Positions 25,557 through 40,806 of a DNA stretch of 64,000 bases are shown here, piece by piece (the first letter of the stretch is position 1; every line of letters begins with the position of its first letter). Origin of the DNA: Octopus sinensis (lineage: Eukaryota); contig NC_042997.1 in assembly GCF_006345805.1 (NCBI RefSeq), forward strand, positions 152,458,001-152,522,000, written 5' to 3'. Position numbers and translations under genes: made by a program. A model generated the notes under the pieces. It had not been told where the DNA came from. It did not search any database and worked only from the letters and a program-made list of their open reading frames with translations.

Positions 25557-26511
25557 TGTATGTGTTATATAATGTTAAAATATGTTAGTTAAACGCAAAC
25601 GTACATCAATAACTGTGTGTACGTGTGTCTGTCTGTAAAAGTTAAAAACATACATTTATTTGTCTTGTAATCGCTCAGATGCACGCGCGCACACACATGT
25701 TTGCAAAAAAAAAAAAAAACATTGATAGTGACTTCTAAGAATGATGTTAAGATGTTGTTAAATCTAAAACACACACACACAAAAAGCCCTCTCTCTTCTC
25801 TCCCTGTATGCGTGTGCGCATTTACTTAATGTTAGATAAACTCATACGCAAACATGTACAATCACATCGTGCTGCTTGCGTTTAACAATCGCATCTTCAC
25901 ATGATTTTTATTATGCGTATGGGTATATAGAAACATACACAATTGATGTCTATGAAGCGCATGCGCGTGTGTGGATGTTTTGGTGCTACAACAATAAAGA
26001 CGCACATTTACAAATCGACAGATAAGCGGTGTCTTTCTGTCTATATCTCTCTGCTTGTTTCTCATCCATACAGTCAGACTTGTACATTACACACACGTAC
26101 GTGGTTTGCTTTCAACAATCGTCTCATTGCATTGTCCGACTCTCCATTTTTCCCAATTTTCCAATCGACACAATCATTCGTACAACTCATACAAAACTAC
26201 TCTAAACTATTTCTCAGTGTTAAGTCAAATAAAAAAAGCCATATAAAAGCAGGAAAATGTTTCATCTAGCGTTTAGTTTACATGGCTTCCATCAGAGGAA
26301 TATACTTGTACATATGACATCTTTTGGATACACCTACTTATAGATATAAATATATGCAGCCATATTATATGCACACGCATACATATATATACACACAGTA
26401 ACATATGTATACATGTGTGTGCGTATGTGTGTATTTCAGTGATTGCGTCTGACATTACTCAATTTCCAAATACAACATATATGTATGGGGATTATATATA
26501 TATATATATAT

Positions 26512-26724
26512 AAAGTTTATCCAAACAAGAAAGCACAAAAGAACACAACAACGCGAGGACGTGGAACAAATATAGTATTATTGGACGCTCGGGAAAGAAG
26601 GAAAGAAGGAGGGTTTAACGTTTCGAGCGGAGCTCTTCGTCGGAAACACAGGAGAAGGAAAGATTCAGCGAAGGGAAGACAGGAAAAAAAATCGCCAACG
26701 GTACATACGAGTCACATTTTGAAA
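26512..26724 (-). mobile_element. Probable PLE terminal-repeat fragment in (TA)n with hammerhead-like motif at 26613-26647
   Basis: Minus strand reads gttt-ccgacga-a-gagc-tcc-gctc-gaaa-cg-tt-aaac. Confidence 0.6.
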
Positions 26725-26734
26725 GTTATATATA

Positions 26735-26787
<53 letters not shown>

Positions 26788-26802
26788 CACGCACACACAC
26801 AC

Positions 26803-26861
<59 letters not shown>

Positions 26862-26870
26862 GATAGATAG

Positions 26871-26912
<42 letters not shown>

Positions 26913-26922
26913 TGAGAGAGAG
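26725..26922. repeat. (TA)n/(GATA)n/(GA)n microsatellite
   Basis: Visible. Confidence 0.95.
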
Positions 26923-27834
26923 ATGAAAATTCTTGAACTACAGATCAAGGAGACCAAAAATCCAAAGAGGTCTCTGTTAGAGTGAACTATAACTGCAGAG
27001 CAAATATTTTCATTTTAAAGATTTAATGTTTTAGCAAAGACATTCCGCTTTCGCTAATTCATCGATAGCTTCCCGCCTCTCTGTCTCTCTCCCTCCCCGT
27101 CTCTCTCTCCTAATCTCCCCCTCTCTCTCTCTCTCTCACACACATATTCAGTTGCTCTTTTAGAACATGGCCAGATGTTTCATCTCTCGTCTCGTTAGTA
27201 AAGACTAGTTACATTTGGATGTTAGGTATATATCGTTAAAAAAAAAGTGAGAAGCAGGAATTGGATGGGAGTTTGAATGAGGCAAAAAGAGAAAGAGGCT
27301 GGAAAGGCGAATAAGATATGAAGGAAGTGAGAAGGTAGGGGACTGAAAAGTGTAGAAAGCAATGTTTAAAATAATGTGAAGGAGAAGGGGATAGAAAGTT
27401 AACATGAATACTGTTAGAAGTATTAGTAAGTATTCTTGGAGTTATACAAACAATTTTAAAAGATAACAGGATAAAGCAATGGAAGAATGCTAATAATATA
27501 AATACCGCCTATGCTAATTCAGAAAATAAGAATATTTATTTGGCTAAAAAAGAATACAATTTCTAGGAGCATGCGTTGGTTACTTTATATAAATTAGGTA
27601 TAACACTTCAGATAAATGGTATAATAATGTACTGGAAGAAGCTCGAAATGTATTTGGTAAGCTGAAGATTGTATGGGACTTTGTCATCCAGACAGCTTGA
27701 ATAAATGAATACCTTTTGCCAATATCCTTATACAAGCTATGGTAAAATGGGAGTGCTTATAACAAATATTTCAATATCTTCCGACAATTTTATCTACAAA
27801 TAAACACGACCTTATGAGCCAGTGAAAAATATTG

Positions 27835-28305
27835 CTTTCAAAGTTTTGCACAATGTCAGCAAGTTCCGGGAAAGAGATAAATCAATTACATCGAGCGCAA
27901 TGAGGAACTGGTACTTGCTTTGTGATGCCGAAAGGATGAAAAGCAAAGTCGACTTCAGCGGAATTTGAACTCAGAACATAAAGACGGACAAAACGCTGCT
28001 AAGCATTCTGCCCGGTGTGCTAACGATTCTGTTAGCTCGCCATCCTGAGCCAGTGGAAAATATTGATCATATTATTATATGTTTTAAAGGGCGGCAAGTG
28101 GAAGAATCGTTTGAGCATCAGAATAATTGATTTCCGTATTTCTCTCGACTCTTTACTTTCTGAGTTCAAATTTTATCGAAGTCAATTTTATTTTTCCTTC
28201 TTTCGGGATCCGTTAAAATAAATAGCCAGTCAAATATAGGTGTCGAAAATAGTGACTTACTCCTTCCACAACATAACTGTTGGCTTTGTGCATAAATCAG
28301 ACACC
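27835..28305. mobile_element. Two family N SINEs head-to-head (27835-28045 minus; 28090-28305 plus)
   Basis: Family N body motifs in opposite orientations. Confidence 0.75.
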
Positions 28306-28459
28306 ATATTGCTACAAGTTATAAAATATTAATTAAAAACAGTAAAATCAATAGTATAAGGTCTGACTTGATATTTAGTGGTCACTTTGTACGAAAAACA
28401 CGTCAGGATATTTCATCACAAATGAGTGTTCAGTTATGCATTAAAAAAGAATAATAGAA

Positions 28460-28735
28460 CCTGGTAAATTAAAGATTCTACATAACTTTGATACCCAGAC
28501 CGACTACAGACAGAATAATTGAACACCGGAGACCAGATGTGATAGCATGTGTCATAGCAATAAGAATGTTTCACAATAGACGTTGCCATTCCTAAAGACA
28601 AAAGATATTGCAGACTAGGCAATAGAAAAGATTATAACATATGCTGAATTAAAACTAGAAATATCAAGAATATAGAGATATGGCAGTAATAAAAGATGTA
28701 TCAGCTATCACCAGAGCATTAGACTCAATCCTGTA
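28460..28735 (+). pseudogene. R4/Dong-like RLE domain relic (another at ~27650-27790)
   Basis: RIIEHRRPDVIA, ECFTIDVAIP; LKIVWDFVIQT at ~27662. Confidence 0.65.
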
Positions 28736-28744
28736 ACATATATA

Positions 28745-28832
<88 letters not shown>

Positions 28833-28835
28833 ATT

Positions 28836-29392
28836 TTGGGTTGTCCGGAAAGTTTGTGCCGATTTTTAAAGGAAAGGAAAAGGTCAATAAATACTTGTCA
28901 TTACATTTTTAATCAACCAAATATGAACCAGTTTGCTGCACAATGCGTCTCCATCTTTCCTTTAACTTGAAAATACCCTCTTTCCAGAATTGAGGTGGTT
29001 TCATGGTAAAGAATCCATCAAGGTATCTTTTTACGTCATCCAAGGAATTGAAATTTTTACCATTAAGACTATTCTGCAGAGACCTGAATAAGTGGAAATC
29101 GGAAGGAGCAATATCTGGTCAATATGGAGGGTGGAGGTAATACATCCCAACCGAGCTGCAGCAATTAATGTGTGGTTCCCAAAGCATCAAGTGCCGAAAA
29201 TGAACTTTCTTATTTTCCATTTTAAAGGGTTACAGAATTAACACAGGTTATAGGAACATAAATCTTCTGCCACGAAAAGATAGCTGTCCTCTAAATGGAG
29301 GTGTAGTCAAATCCTATTTTATGGATTCAACCATGTTCTAAAATGAGTCGAATGGTAAGCTACTATAAATCGGCACGAACTTTTCGGACAAC

Positions 29393-29396
<4 letters not shown>
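28836..29396 (-). mobile_element. Internally deleted mariner in (TA)n
   Basis: TIRs ttgggttgtccggaaagtttgtgccgattt / aaatcggcacgaacttttcggacaacccaa. Peptide LGWDVL..HPPY*PDIAPSDFHLFRSLQNSL. Confidence 0.92.
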
Positions 29397-29431
<35 letters not shown>

Positions 29432-29436
<5 letters not shown>

Positions 29437-30275
29437 GCTCGGGTTAAATGACGATTTTTATGTCTCCTTTTTTTCAAGGACAGCTTGATGTATTGGTGAA
29501 CAGCGTTGGAGAGCATAAAGGTTAAAGTTGGCGTTGAGAAAAAGTTAGTTGATATGGAGGACTGGAAGCCGTTTGAATATTGGAAAATAATGATTCGCAT
29601 TGGGTATAAAACTGCCGATATGAGTACAGCTCAATGCTCTGTGAACATTGTAAAATCTGTAAGTCGTGACGTGGACAGCTGCAACGGAGACTACGAAAAC
29701 ATAGCCAGCAGGAAGGGATACAACAAATGTTCTGATTGCGTGTGCATGCCTGGATTCATCACAAATCCTCGAACAGGGTCTTAGGTTCAATTCAGACGGT
29801 TTTGTAAAGCTGCTGGAGACTAGTAAATTCCTGGTTGAAGAGGTCTACTACTAGAAGGTCATATGTATGGCAGTACGATTCGGTTCCTTGCCATAATTCC
29901 AGAAAGAGCCGGATGTGGTTGTCGGAGAATTTTTACAACTTCACCATCTCCAATTTCTGGGATCCTTGTCCCCACTACTGTAATCCCATGGATTACAGTA
30001 AAAAAGACTCCAACCGGTGTGCCTGCAACATCAAGTCCGAGCTGGTAGCGAAGGTGTTCGAAGATCTTCCCAGCGACACAGTGAGGAATGCATTCACCAG
30101 ATTCCGGAACCGTCTTGAGGCCGTTGTGGAAGCTGACGGTGGCTACTTTGAGAAAACTGTTATCTCCCAGCCATAATCTAGCTATTATTTTTTAAGTTTA
30201 AAAAATGCTTTTATCTTTATACCGGATAGTGTGTTTTCTTGTCTATAGCTTTGCTATTATGTTAAACTGTCGTTG
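29432..30275 (+). mobile_element. Tc1/mariner-superfamily relic (DD37D/maT-like)
   Basis: YVWQYDSVPCH..W..NFW..CNPMDY..FRNRLEAVVEADGGYFE. Confidence 0.8.
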
Positions 30276-30497
30276 TTTGAAACTTGACCAAATGCGTTTT
30301 TTTTTCAATATTTATTTTTTCTTGCAATAGCCGGTTCTTTTTGTCAAACTATCGTATCTCCAGTTGCTTCAGGCGTCAAGATATCAAAACCTGTCAAAGT
30401 GTAGTAAAACGGTTTTGCTATGGAATGGTGAAACTATTTTTCGTTTTCTGAAAAAGCAGCGGTTTGGACTTACGACACATTTGCATAATAGCAACGA

Positions 30498-31433
30498 TCT
30501 ATCTATCTCTCTCTCTCTCTCTCTCTCTCTCGATATATATATATATATATATATATAAATACATACACATATATAGACACATATATATATATACATATAC
30601 ATATATACACATATATATATATATACATATACATATATATAATACATATATAGACACATATACATATATATACATATACATATATATATATATACATTAT
30701 AGACACATATACATATATAGCCTATACATATATATATATATACATATATATTATATCATATATATATATATATACATTATATATTATCCATATTATAATC
30801 ATATATATATATACATATACATATATTATACTATATATATACATATATATATACATATATATATACATATATATATACATATATATATACATATATATAT
30901 ACAACATATATACATACATAATACATACATATAACATACATTATATATAACATACATATATATATCCATACATATATACATACATATATACATACATATA
31001 TATATACATATATATATACAATATATATACATATATATACATATATATATATATATATACATATATACATATTATAACATACATATATACATACATATAC
31101 AATACATATATCCATACATATATACATACATATATATATACATACATATCCTATATATATACATATAATATACATCATTATACATACATATAATCCTATA
31201 TATATACATATATATATACATATATATACATATATATATACATTATATACATATATATATACATATATATACATATATATATACATATATATACATATAT
31301 ATATACATATATAATACATATATATATATATATATATACATCTATATATATACATATATTACATATATATACATATATACATAATATATACATATATATA
31401 TACATATATTATATATATATATATATATACTTA

Positions 31434-31499
<66 letters not shown>

Positions 31500-31625
31500 C
31501 ATATATATATAATATATCATATATATATATATATATATATCTAAATATATATATATATATATAATATATATTATATACTATATTTATATATATATATATA
31601 TAATTATTATATATATTACATATAC

Positions 31626-31684
<59 letters not shown>

Positions 31685-31705
31685 ACTATATATATATATA
31701 TATAC

Positions 31706-31763
<58 letters not shown>

Positions 31764-32010
31764 CATCTATATATATATATATACATATATATATTATATA
31801 TACATATAATATATATATACATTATAATATATACATATATATATTATATATATATACATATATATACTATATCTATATATACATATATATACATATATCT
31901 ATATACATAATATACATAATATATCATATATAATACATATATATATACATATATATACATATATATACATATATATACACATATATATACATGTATATAT
32001 ATATACATAC

Positions 32011-32041
<31 letters not shown>

Positions 32042-32097
32042 ATATATTATATATATATATATATACATATATTAATATATACATATATTATATATAC

Positions 32098-32150
<53 letters not shown>

Positions 32151-32267
32151 CATATATATATTATACATATATATATTATACATATATATATATATATATA
32201 TACATATATATACTATATATATTACATATCTACATATATATATATACATATATATATATAATATACA

Positions 32268-32299
<32 letters not shown>

Positions 32300-32424
32300 C
32301 CTCATATATATATATACATATATATACATTCTATATATACATATACATAATATATATATATATACATATATATACTATACATATATATAGATATATATAC
32401 ATATATATACAATACATATTATAC

Positions 32425-32461
<37 letters not shown>

Positions 32462-32580
32462 CATATATACTATATACATATATATAATATATACATATAA
32501 TATTATATATATATATATACATATATATACATATACATATATATACATATTATATATACATATATTATTCATATATATAC

Positions 32581-32614
<34 letters not shown>

Positions 32615-32626
32615 CATATATATACA

Positions 32627-32660
<34 letters not shown>

Positions 32661-32724
32661 CAATTATATATATATATACTATATATATATACTATATATA
32701 TATATACATATATATATTATATAC

Positions 32725-32755
<31 letters not shown>

Positions 32756-32792
32756 CATTATATATATATACATATATATATATACAGTATAC

Positions 32793-32829
<37 letters not shown>

Positions 32830-33184
32830 CATATATATATACATATATAACAGATATATACATATATATATACACATATAATATATATATACACACATAT
32901 CTATATATATATACACACATATATATATATACACACATATATATATATATACACACATATATTATATATACACACACACAATATATATATATTACACACA
33001 TATATATATATACACACCTATATATATATATACACACATATATATATATATATACACACTATATATAATCTATATATATATATATTATACATATATACAT
33101 ATACCATATATATACATATACACCTATATATATAATATATATAATATCATTATATACATATACACATATATATAACATATAACA

Positions 33185-33226
<42 letters not shown>

Positions 33227-33316
33227 CATATATACCTATACACATATATATCATATACACATATATATATATATATCTATATATATATATACATATACAC
33301 ATATATATATATATAT
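30498..33316. repeat. 2.8-kb degenerate (TA)n/(TATACA)n tract
   Basis: Visible; source of all the YIYI ORFs. Confidence 0.97.
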
Positions 33317-34474
33317 GTGGCTGCACACTTCCTAAAAGACAGAAACAGGCAGTTGTGAGCAATGGAGCCACCTCCAGGGAAACGCAAATAACAAGCGGTG
33401 TCCCACAGGGCACTGTCTTGGGCCACTGATGTTCATAGTGGCCCCTTTCAGACATGCCTTCAGTTGCTACGATGACCACCCTTGCTAGCTATGCAGATGA
33501 CACAAAGGTCTCCCACGCAATACAGAACCCTGAAATATTGCGCATCTGCAACATGAGCTGGACACAATATACAGGTGGGCTGAGGACAACAACATGCAGT
33601 TTAATGCAGGTAAGTTCCAGGCCCTGCGCTACTGGCACACAAAGGTAAATGACGTGAAGACTGGATACACTGGCCCAGGAAGATTGCAATCCCTGAGTCA
33701 AAATCAGTGCGTGACCTGGGCATTGACATGAGCAATGATGCATCTTTCCAAATGCATATGCTAATCTGGTGATAAAATGCAGACGCTAGCTGGATGGATT
33801 CTCCGAACTTTCAGAACAAGAGAGAAGGAGACACTGATGGTCCTATGGAAAACATTTGTCCTCAGCCGCTTGACTACTGCTCCCAACTTTGGTCACCACA
33901 CAATATAAAAAAACAGCAGAACTCGAAGCAACTCAGAGAAGCTACACAAAAAAATCGTCTCAATGCAAAATGTCAGCTACTGGGAAAGACTGAAGGTATT
34001 AAACTCTTCTCCTCCCTGGAGCGGAGGCGGAGAGATATGCAGTAATATACATCTGGAAAATCCTGGAGGGTCTTATCCCAAACTTTGGCATTCAAAGTTA
34101 CTCCAACCGCAGAACGGGCGCCGCTGCGTGGCCAGGATTCCAACATCACCATCAAAATACAGGTCCAGATACTGCAACAGCTTGGGTTTTCAGAGGACCA
34201 CAGCTTTTCAACATCCTCCCTAAATGCCTGAGAGACTTACATGGTGTGGATGTGGGTTTCTTTTTAAACTAACTGGATCTCTTCTTGTTGGAAGTCCCAG
34301 ATGAACCTACCTCACGACAGGAGACGCGGATGCGGGCAGCACATCGAACTCCCTTGTTGATCAAGTGCCACGTATCAGAGGTGGATTCACAAACTAGTGT
34401 GGCTCATTCAGCGGTGGTGCCCCAGCATGGCCGCGGCCTTCGGGCTAAAACATTTTTAAGGATTTAAGGATTTA
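33317..34474 (+). mobile_element. 5'-truncated CR1/L2-group LINE related to 9589-13265
   Basis: SGVPQGTVLG, SYADDTK, SYWERLK, VPDEPTSRQE. Tail ggtgccccagcatggcc...(AAGGATTT)n; many frameshifts. Confidence 0.92.
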
Positions 34475-34635
34475 TATATATACATATATACATATACACA
34501 TATATATATATATATATACATATATATACATATATATATACTATATTATATATATATATATATACATATATATACATATACATATATATATATATATATA
34601 TACATATATATACATATATATACATATATATATAC

Positions 34636-34680
<45 letters not shown>

Positions 34681-34780
34681 ATATACATATATATATATAT
34701 ATATATATACATATATATATACAATATATATATATACACACACACACACACTATATACTATATATATATATATATATATA
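34475..34780. repeat. (TA)n/(TACA) tract
   Basis: Visible. Confidence 0.95.
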
Positions 34781-34859
34781 GTTGGAATTTATAAAAAACA
34801 AAAGAGGAAGACAAGTGATAAACAACAAATAGGTGTATTTGTTTACGCTCGGGAAGGTG

Positions 34860-35065
34860 CTTTGAATTTTGGCACAAAGCCAGCAATTTCGGGGAAAGTC
34901 TTAGTCGATTACATCGACCCCAGTGCTCGGCTGATGCTTATTTTATCGAACCCGAAAGGATGAATGATAAAGTGAAGCTCGACAGAATTTTAACTCAGAA
35001 CGTAAAGCCGGACAAAATACTGCCAATCATTTTACCGTTTGCTAACGATTCTGCTAGCTCGCCTT
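34860..35065 (-). mobile_element. Family N SINE
   Basis: ttttggcacaaagccagcaattt...gctaacgattctgctagctcgcc. Confidence 0.8.
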
Positions 35066-35544
35066 ATATAAGGAAAATAAGACAAGGTAGAGAATGTCAA
35101 AGTAATTTTATTATGAAGAACATTTTAGTACCGGTTTCAAACTTTGCGACTTTTTCAACTTAGAGTAAAATATGAAAAACAATTTAATTGTCGAAAAATT
35201 AAATGAAATGGTTTTTAAAAAATATTTCCATAGTTTTCAAATGCAAGGGACATTTTCCTTTTTTCTGTCTATCTCTCTTTTTTACTTTTGTGAGAGCTTG
35301 GTAGCAGGTTGCAGGTAGAAACATTCATAATATTTGATATAAGTTCTTGGTTTTGATTCTTTAAGCAGCAGTAGTAGCTGAGGAAGGAGGCAGCGAAGAA
35401 GAAAAAAGGAAGAAGAGGAAGAGGAAGTAGAGGGTGTTGGAAAAGAAGAGAAAGAATAATAAAAATGCAGGAGTGGTATGGTAGTAGCAGGATGTTGGTG
35501 GAATCCTCTTAAATGGTCAAGTGACCTAAAAGTGACTTATGGTT

Positions 35545-35957
35545 GTAATAGCAGTGATTGGAATTGTACTGTTTCGGCCGGTTGCAGATTCGGCCGGTTA
35601 CACTCGAAACTGCTCAAATCTAGCCGTCCCCAAGAAAATCACAAATACACTCATAATACTCCTTGTACATTGCTATATGTTTTGACACCGAAAACATTAA
35701 AATTTGCAACATACATTAGTAGTAAATCCAAATATTGCCCGAAAATGACCTAAAAATTGTACGACCTGACTTCGTTTGCGAGGTAATTTTTGTAGTAAAA
35801 AGAGATTTTGTGCAAAAAAACATACTTCGTTTGGTAGCCAAAAGATTACTGAATCTTTTCATACACCATACGTCAAAATCGGCAGCTCCATTTTCGAATC
35901 CATAAGGAACATATGCACCACACACAGACACACAAACTCTCTTTTATAGATATAGAT
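35545..35957 (-). mobile_element. Probable non-autonomous Helitron (DINE-like)
   Basis: Minus strand starts A|TCTATATCTATAAAAG, then gtttgtgtgtctgtgtgt and gccgattttgac. 3' end unclear. Confidence 0.5.
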
Positions 35958-36719
35958 CTGTGTGTGAATGTGTGTGTGTGATTTGTTGTGTATTTCACGA
36001 GACATTACAGGTGATAATTGTCCTGATTAGGCCCGGGTCAGTTCTAGTTGAGTTAACCTATGATCAAAATCTTTTCAGTCGTTATCATCTAGTCTTTTAT
36101 TGTACGTGCAAGAAACCTAGGATCACGTCGTAATAATAATTTTATTGATATATATATATCAAGTAACATTTTTATTACCTACTAGGAATCAGATTAATCT
36201 TGGTGATCTTAATAATTTAGAAGAAACAATTCAAAGCTAACTATTTTGATGAAAGAAATGTTTTATGACATTTTCACCGCCACTAATATACTAATCTATT
36301 ATCCTTTATAATTTTCTCTCGACATTTATTCTCTGTTTTGCAATTCGTTAATGATCTTTCAAAAGCAAATATCTATCATTCAAATAGTTTCCAATGATTA
36401 GAAACAAATAATGAACAAATTTCTCTAATTCTGTAATCATTTGAGTAACTCTTATTTCTCGACATTCTGGCTTGTTTTCGTACATTATAGATACGTAATT
36501 TTAGAAAGAAATTTTACTATCTAATTCTTTCAAATCCTCGTAAAAGCAAAGGAAAACGTGCCTTGTGATCGGTTAAATTGGTAGAATAGATATGTGATAT
36601 GTGTTTATTACGAATAACTCAGACATTCAGTTATTACTAGGCCGTTATAAAAGACACCAACCAGAAACTGGCCCACTGTTAAACTGTATGAAACATTGAT
36701 GCAAATACTAATATAATAA

Positions 36720-37257
36720 TCCTTTCTACTATAGGCACAACACCTGAAATTTTGGGGGCGAGGCCTAGTCGATTACATCGACCCCAGTGTTTCACAGGTA
36801 CTTAATTTATCGACTCCGAAAGGATGAAATGCATAGTCGACCTCGGCAGAATTTGAAGTCAGACAAAATACCTATTTCTTTACTACCCACAAGGGGCTAA
36901 ACACAGAGAGGATAAACAAGGACAGACAAACGGATTAAGTCGATTATATCGACCTCAGTGCGTAACTGGTACTTATTTAATCGATCCCGAAAGGATAAAA
37001 GGCAAAGTCGACCTCGGCGGAATTTGAACTCAGAACGTAGTGGCAGACGAAATACCTATTTCTTTACTACCCACAAGGGGCTAAACATAGAGTGGACAAA
37101 CAAGGATAGACAAACGGATTAAGTCGATTACATCGACCCCAGTGCGTAACTGGTACTTAATTTACCGACCTCGGAATTTGAACTCAGAACGTAGCGGCAG
37201 ACGAAATACTGCTAAGCATTTCGCCGGCGTGCTAACCTTTCTACCAGCTCACCGCCT
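36720..37257 (-). mobile_element. Family N SINE trimeric array
   Basis: Two Tx1-type tails (~36873-36940, ~37057-37122) each abut ggtattt(c/t)gtc; ancestral tail at 36720-36770. Confidence 0.9.
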
Positions 37258-37268
37258 AAATAACAATG

Positions 37269-37303
<35 letters not shown>

Positions 37304-38917
37304 GTGTTGTTTATATTTTTAAATGTTTAGAAAATAGTATATATATATGTATATATATAAATAAAACACAAAATCTTGAAAACAAAAACAAATACGAGAA
37401 TCTCGATCATCTTGACATTGTGCCAAGACATACGTCTAAATTGAAGACTTCAAAAAACGGTTTACGTCAACCCTTTTACGGTTGCATGTTGCTTTATTGT
37501 TACACCATTGTAATGGGGAGTCATCTTTCTATGAGCGAAGCAAGATGCTTTGTTAAGTTATATCTATCGTATAACTTAATTTCTGAACACACTTTTATGT
37601 CCCTCAGACAAAGAAGTTCTGTCTGAACAAAGTCAGATTTTTGCTGCTGCAGGGTCTAGCATTGCGATGCTTCATACATAGAGAAATGATTCTTTCCCCC
37701 TTCTTTCTGACAATGCGAATTTGGAATCTATAATGATTCAATTGTATTCTTTTACAGTGTCGATAAAAGTAAAACGAAAAAAAAATAAACATGTGGAGAA
37801 AAAGTTTTTCTCTCTCTACACACACAAACACACGTACACGCGTGCGCACTCACATATACATATGTATTTATTTGTACGTGGGCGGATGTGCATTAGCATA
37901 ATTATGGTCAAGGAAAATTGAATTCATCTAACATTCGTCCTATTATGGCAGTTAATAGCCAAGGCTAGAATGAAAGCGATTAGAGAAAATTATGAACGGG
38001 AAGTCGAATAAAGATTGCTATCTACCTCCAGACAAAATTTCTCATTCATAAATATAAAGTCGGCTGAATATTACCTACAACGATTATATTTGTCTGTCGT
38101 ATATTGCTATAGAAATCATACGAGTTTAGAAATATATTTCAGTGAATAGCTTTATAAATTTTGTGTTTCCATTATCTTTATTTCGCACGTATGTTATATG
38201 TAATCACCTAATTTTAAATATACGTACTATGTGATAAGTGTTTCGGAAACTTAATAATTATCGTGACTACATATGTGCGACATCTATGCTTCTAATTGAA
38301 GTTATGATGTTATATATTTACAAATAAAACGAAGAACAATTTGTTATCCGATAAGTAAAATACGTTGTCTATTTTAATGTGTGTATTGATCTACCTTTTG
38401 CCGCTCTCAGAATGAACACCAAGCAGTGAAACTACATCTGTTGGGCTAAGTATATCATATTAAAGAACACAAACTATATTATTATCGAAATGCAAGACTA
38501 AAATATGTAGAGGTTACGTAACTAAAAACATTGGCATTCTAAAATGCAAACACATTAACATGTTTTATAGGTTTAAAAAAAAATAATTCTGTATTTCAAA
38601 TTGTATAGAGGTAAACTGGATTATTTTCTCAAAGTTATAAATGTTTTAAAGTGATACATGAAAGCTGTTCAGACTTTCTGAGTGCGGATAATTATTGGCA
38701 AATGGACGAAACCCTTTAGTTACGAGGAAACAATTCGGTTTAAGCCCCACCCCTTATATAAATATATCGGCGTAGGTATAGCCCTGTGATTAAGAGGTTT
38801 CTTTCGAAATTATCTGGTTTCGTGTTCAATCCTACGGTACGGCACCCGGTATTTTAGCCCAAACCGACCACTACTTTGTGACTGAATCTAGTAACGGACA
38901 CTATACAGAAACTTATC

Positions 38918-39063
38918 GTGCGTAACTGGTACTTATTTAATCGACCCCGAAAGGATGAAAGGCAAAGTCGACCTCGGCGGAATTTGAACTCAGAACGTAG
39001 CAGCAGACGAAATACGGCTAAGCATTTCGCCCGACGCGCTAACGTTTCTGCCAGCTCGCCGCC
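38918..39063 (-). mobile_element. Family N SINE (no tail) abutting a degenerate family C fragment (38768-38915, plus)
   Basis: Near-consensus family N body. Confidence 0.85.
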
Positions 39064-40486
39064 TTTAAATACCTTAAAGTCTATTAGATCATTAATGCTA
39101 ATCTGAAATTTTACATTCGTTAGTGATTAATAACTACATGTATACACATGCGTACACATATAGTGGATCGAAGATAAATAAAAATAAAATGACGCGAAGA
39201 GTTATAGGAAGAGAATAAATGTCATTTTTATCCCCTTAAGTTAGTCTGCTATATCGACCGCATCGCATTTTACTTCTTTCATCCAGTTTACTCCCTTCAC
39301 ATTTGAATATGCAACCTTTTGCCAAATTGGATAGTCAAATAGCAGATGTCGATAGAAGGGATAGTGATAGAGTATATAAATGGGTACATAAACGATTACA
39401 ACTCTATCCTAGCTCTCACATTTTACCGTGAGTAGAAAGAATAGGAGGAATTTGTTTGAATTCTGAGTTATTTGTACCAGTTTGTACCCAAATCTTTTCG
39501 CAAGTCTGTAAGATACACACATGCACCAAATACCCTCGACCACGTCCAAAGCCAAACACCTAACTTTAATATCTTTATACATTCTGGATCGTCTGACAGA
39601 GATATACTATATCTAATGGAGGGAACAAACATCATATGATCCTGTCGCATATTATTCAGCTGCATAACACATTCAATTGAATCTTCTTATTTTTCAAGGT
39701 TGTTGATTGACAAATATTAAGCTTACTGCTATTCGTACAAAATGTATTTAACCCTGTTCATTTGAGACCACTAAGCAGGGGAACGAAGCCACCCCAAATA
39801 TATATATCTCTTTGCGTTCCTCACATGTATAAAGCTCATAGTACCATAACATCAAAGTGGTTACTCCAAGAGTACGGGTAAAACATAATGGACTTTTGAT
39901 GTACAGTTGTATATCTAAGAAATACTTTCGTTGATTTGCTTTTAACTGTTTCAGGTGAAGTTTGGATAAAGTACATTTACTACAAAATCTTATCCCGCAA
40001 TACAATTTGTGATAAAACTGCAATGCAATGAGTATGAGTTCTCTCTAGAGCTAAAACTTCTCTGATTCGGTTTTTAACCCTCTACAAAGCTCAAGATTCA
40101 CATAGGAAAACAGCTCACGTCTACTGAATAATGCTACTTTCAAACAGGCTCCAGATACTATTCACCAACAGTCACACGTTTTCTTCTGTTTGTTTCTTGT
40201 ATGGTCTCTGCAACTCCGAACCGCTACTATGTATACTTTCCACCTAAATCCTCACTTCATTCTCCTCCCTCAAACATCCTTAGTGTGTTTCACTCTCAAT
40301 TCAGAATCCGCTTTCAACATTTAGCCCTCTCCTTCTGTCCTAGAAGATGAGAATTCTCCCCTGGCCATGTTTTCCTCTTAAAAATTAATCGCAGATATTC
40401 AGTCGGTTTGGAAAGCGTCCATAATGATCACGGGCACTATCCTCCATTTCTTGACAATCTGTATATATATATATATAATATATATA

Positions 40487-40525
<39 letters not shown>

Positions 40526-40806
40526 CACGTGTGTGTGTGTGTGTGTGCATGTGTGTCTGCGTAAGTGTGTGTAACGCATCCAAGAAAACTATTCCTGTTG
40601 AAAATATGATATATGCTAGAGACTCCTTTAATTTTTACTATTTTATTGTTACTTCAGCTTAAAAAATATAGAAATATTATGAAATTTTATTTCTGATATC
40701 TGATACTGAGGACGAGAAATTAATTTGAATTGATTCATAGATGATGTGGAAAATGAAGTTTAGATCTATATCATTTAATTATTTCCTGAATTCACTGTTA
40801 TAATTG

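Noticed and set aside
25957-25966. GCGCATGCGC (NRF1-like) palindrome
   Set aside because: Lies in purine-pyrimidine alternating low-complexity sequence.
35095-35175. Degenerate hammerhead/PLE end on the minus strand (gaaaccggta)
   Set aside because: Core box and stem II too decayed to call. The similar hint at ~40335-40420 is rejected for the same reason.
39468-39690. Possible exon or ORF on the minus strand
   Set aside because: No recognisable domain or convincing splice pair. The same applies to 21202-21340 and 21973-22308.
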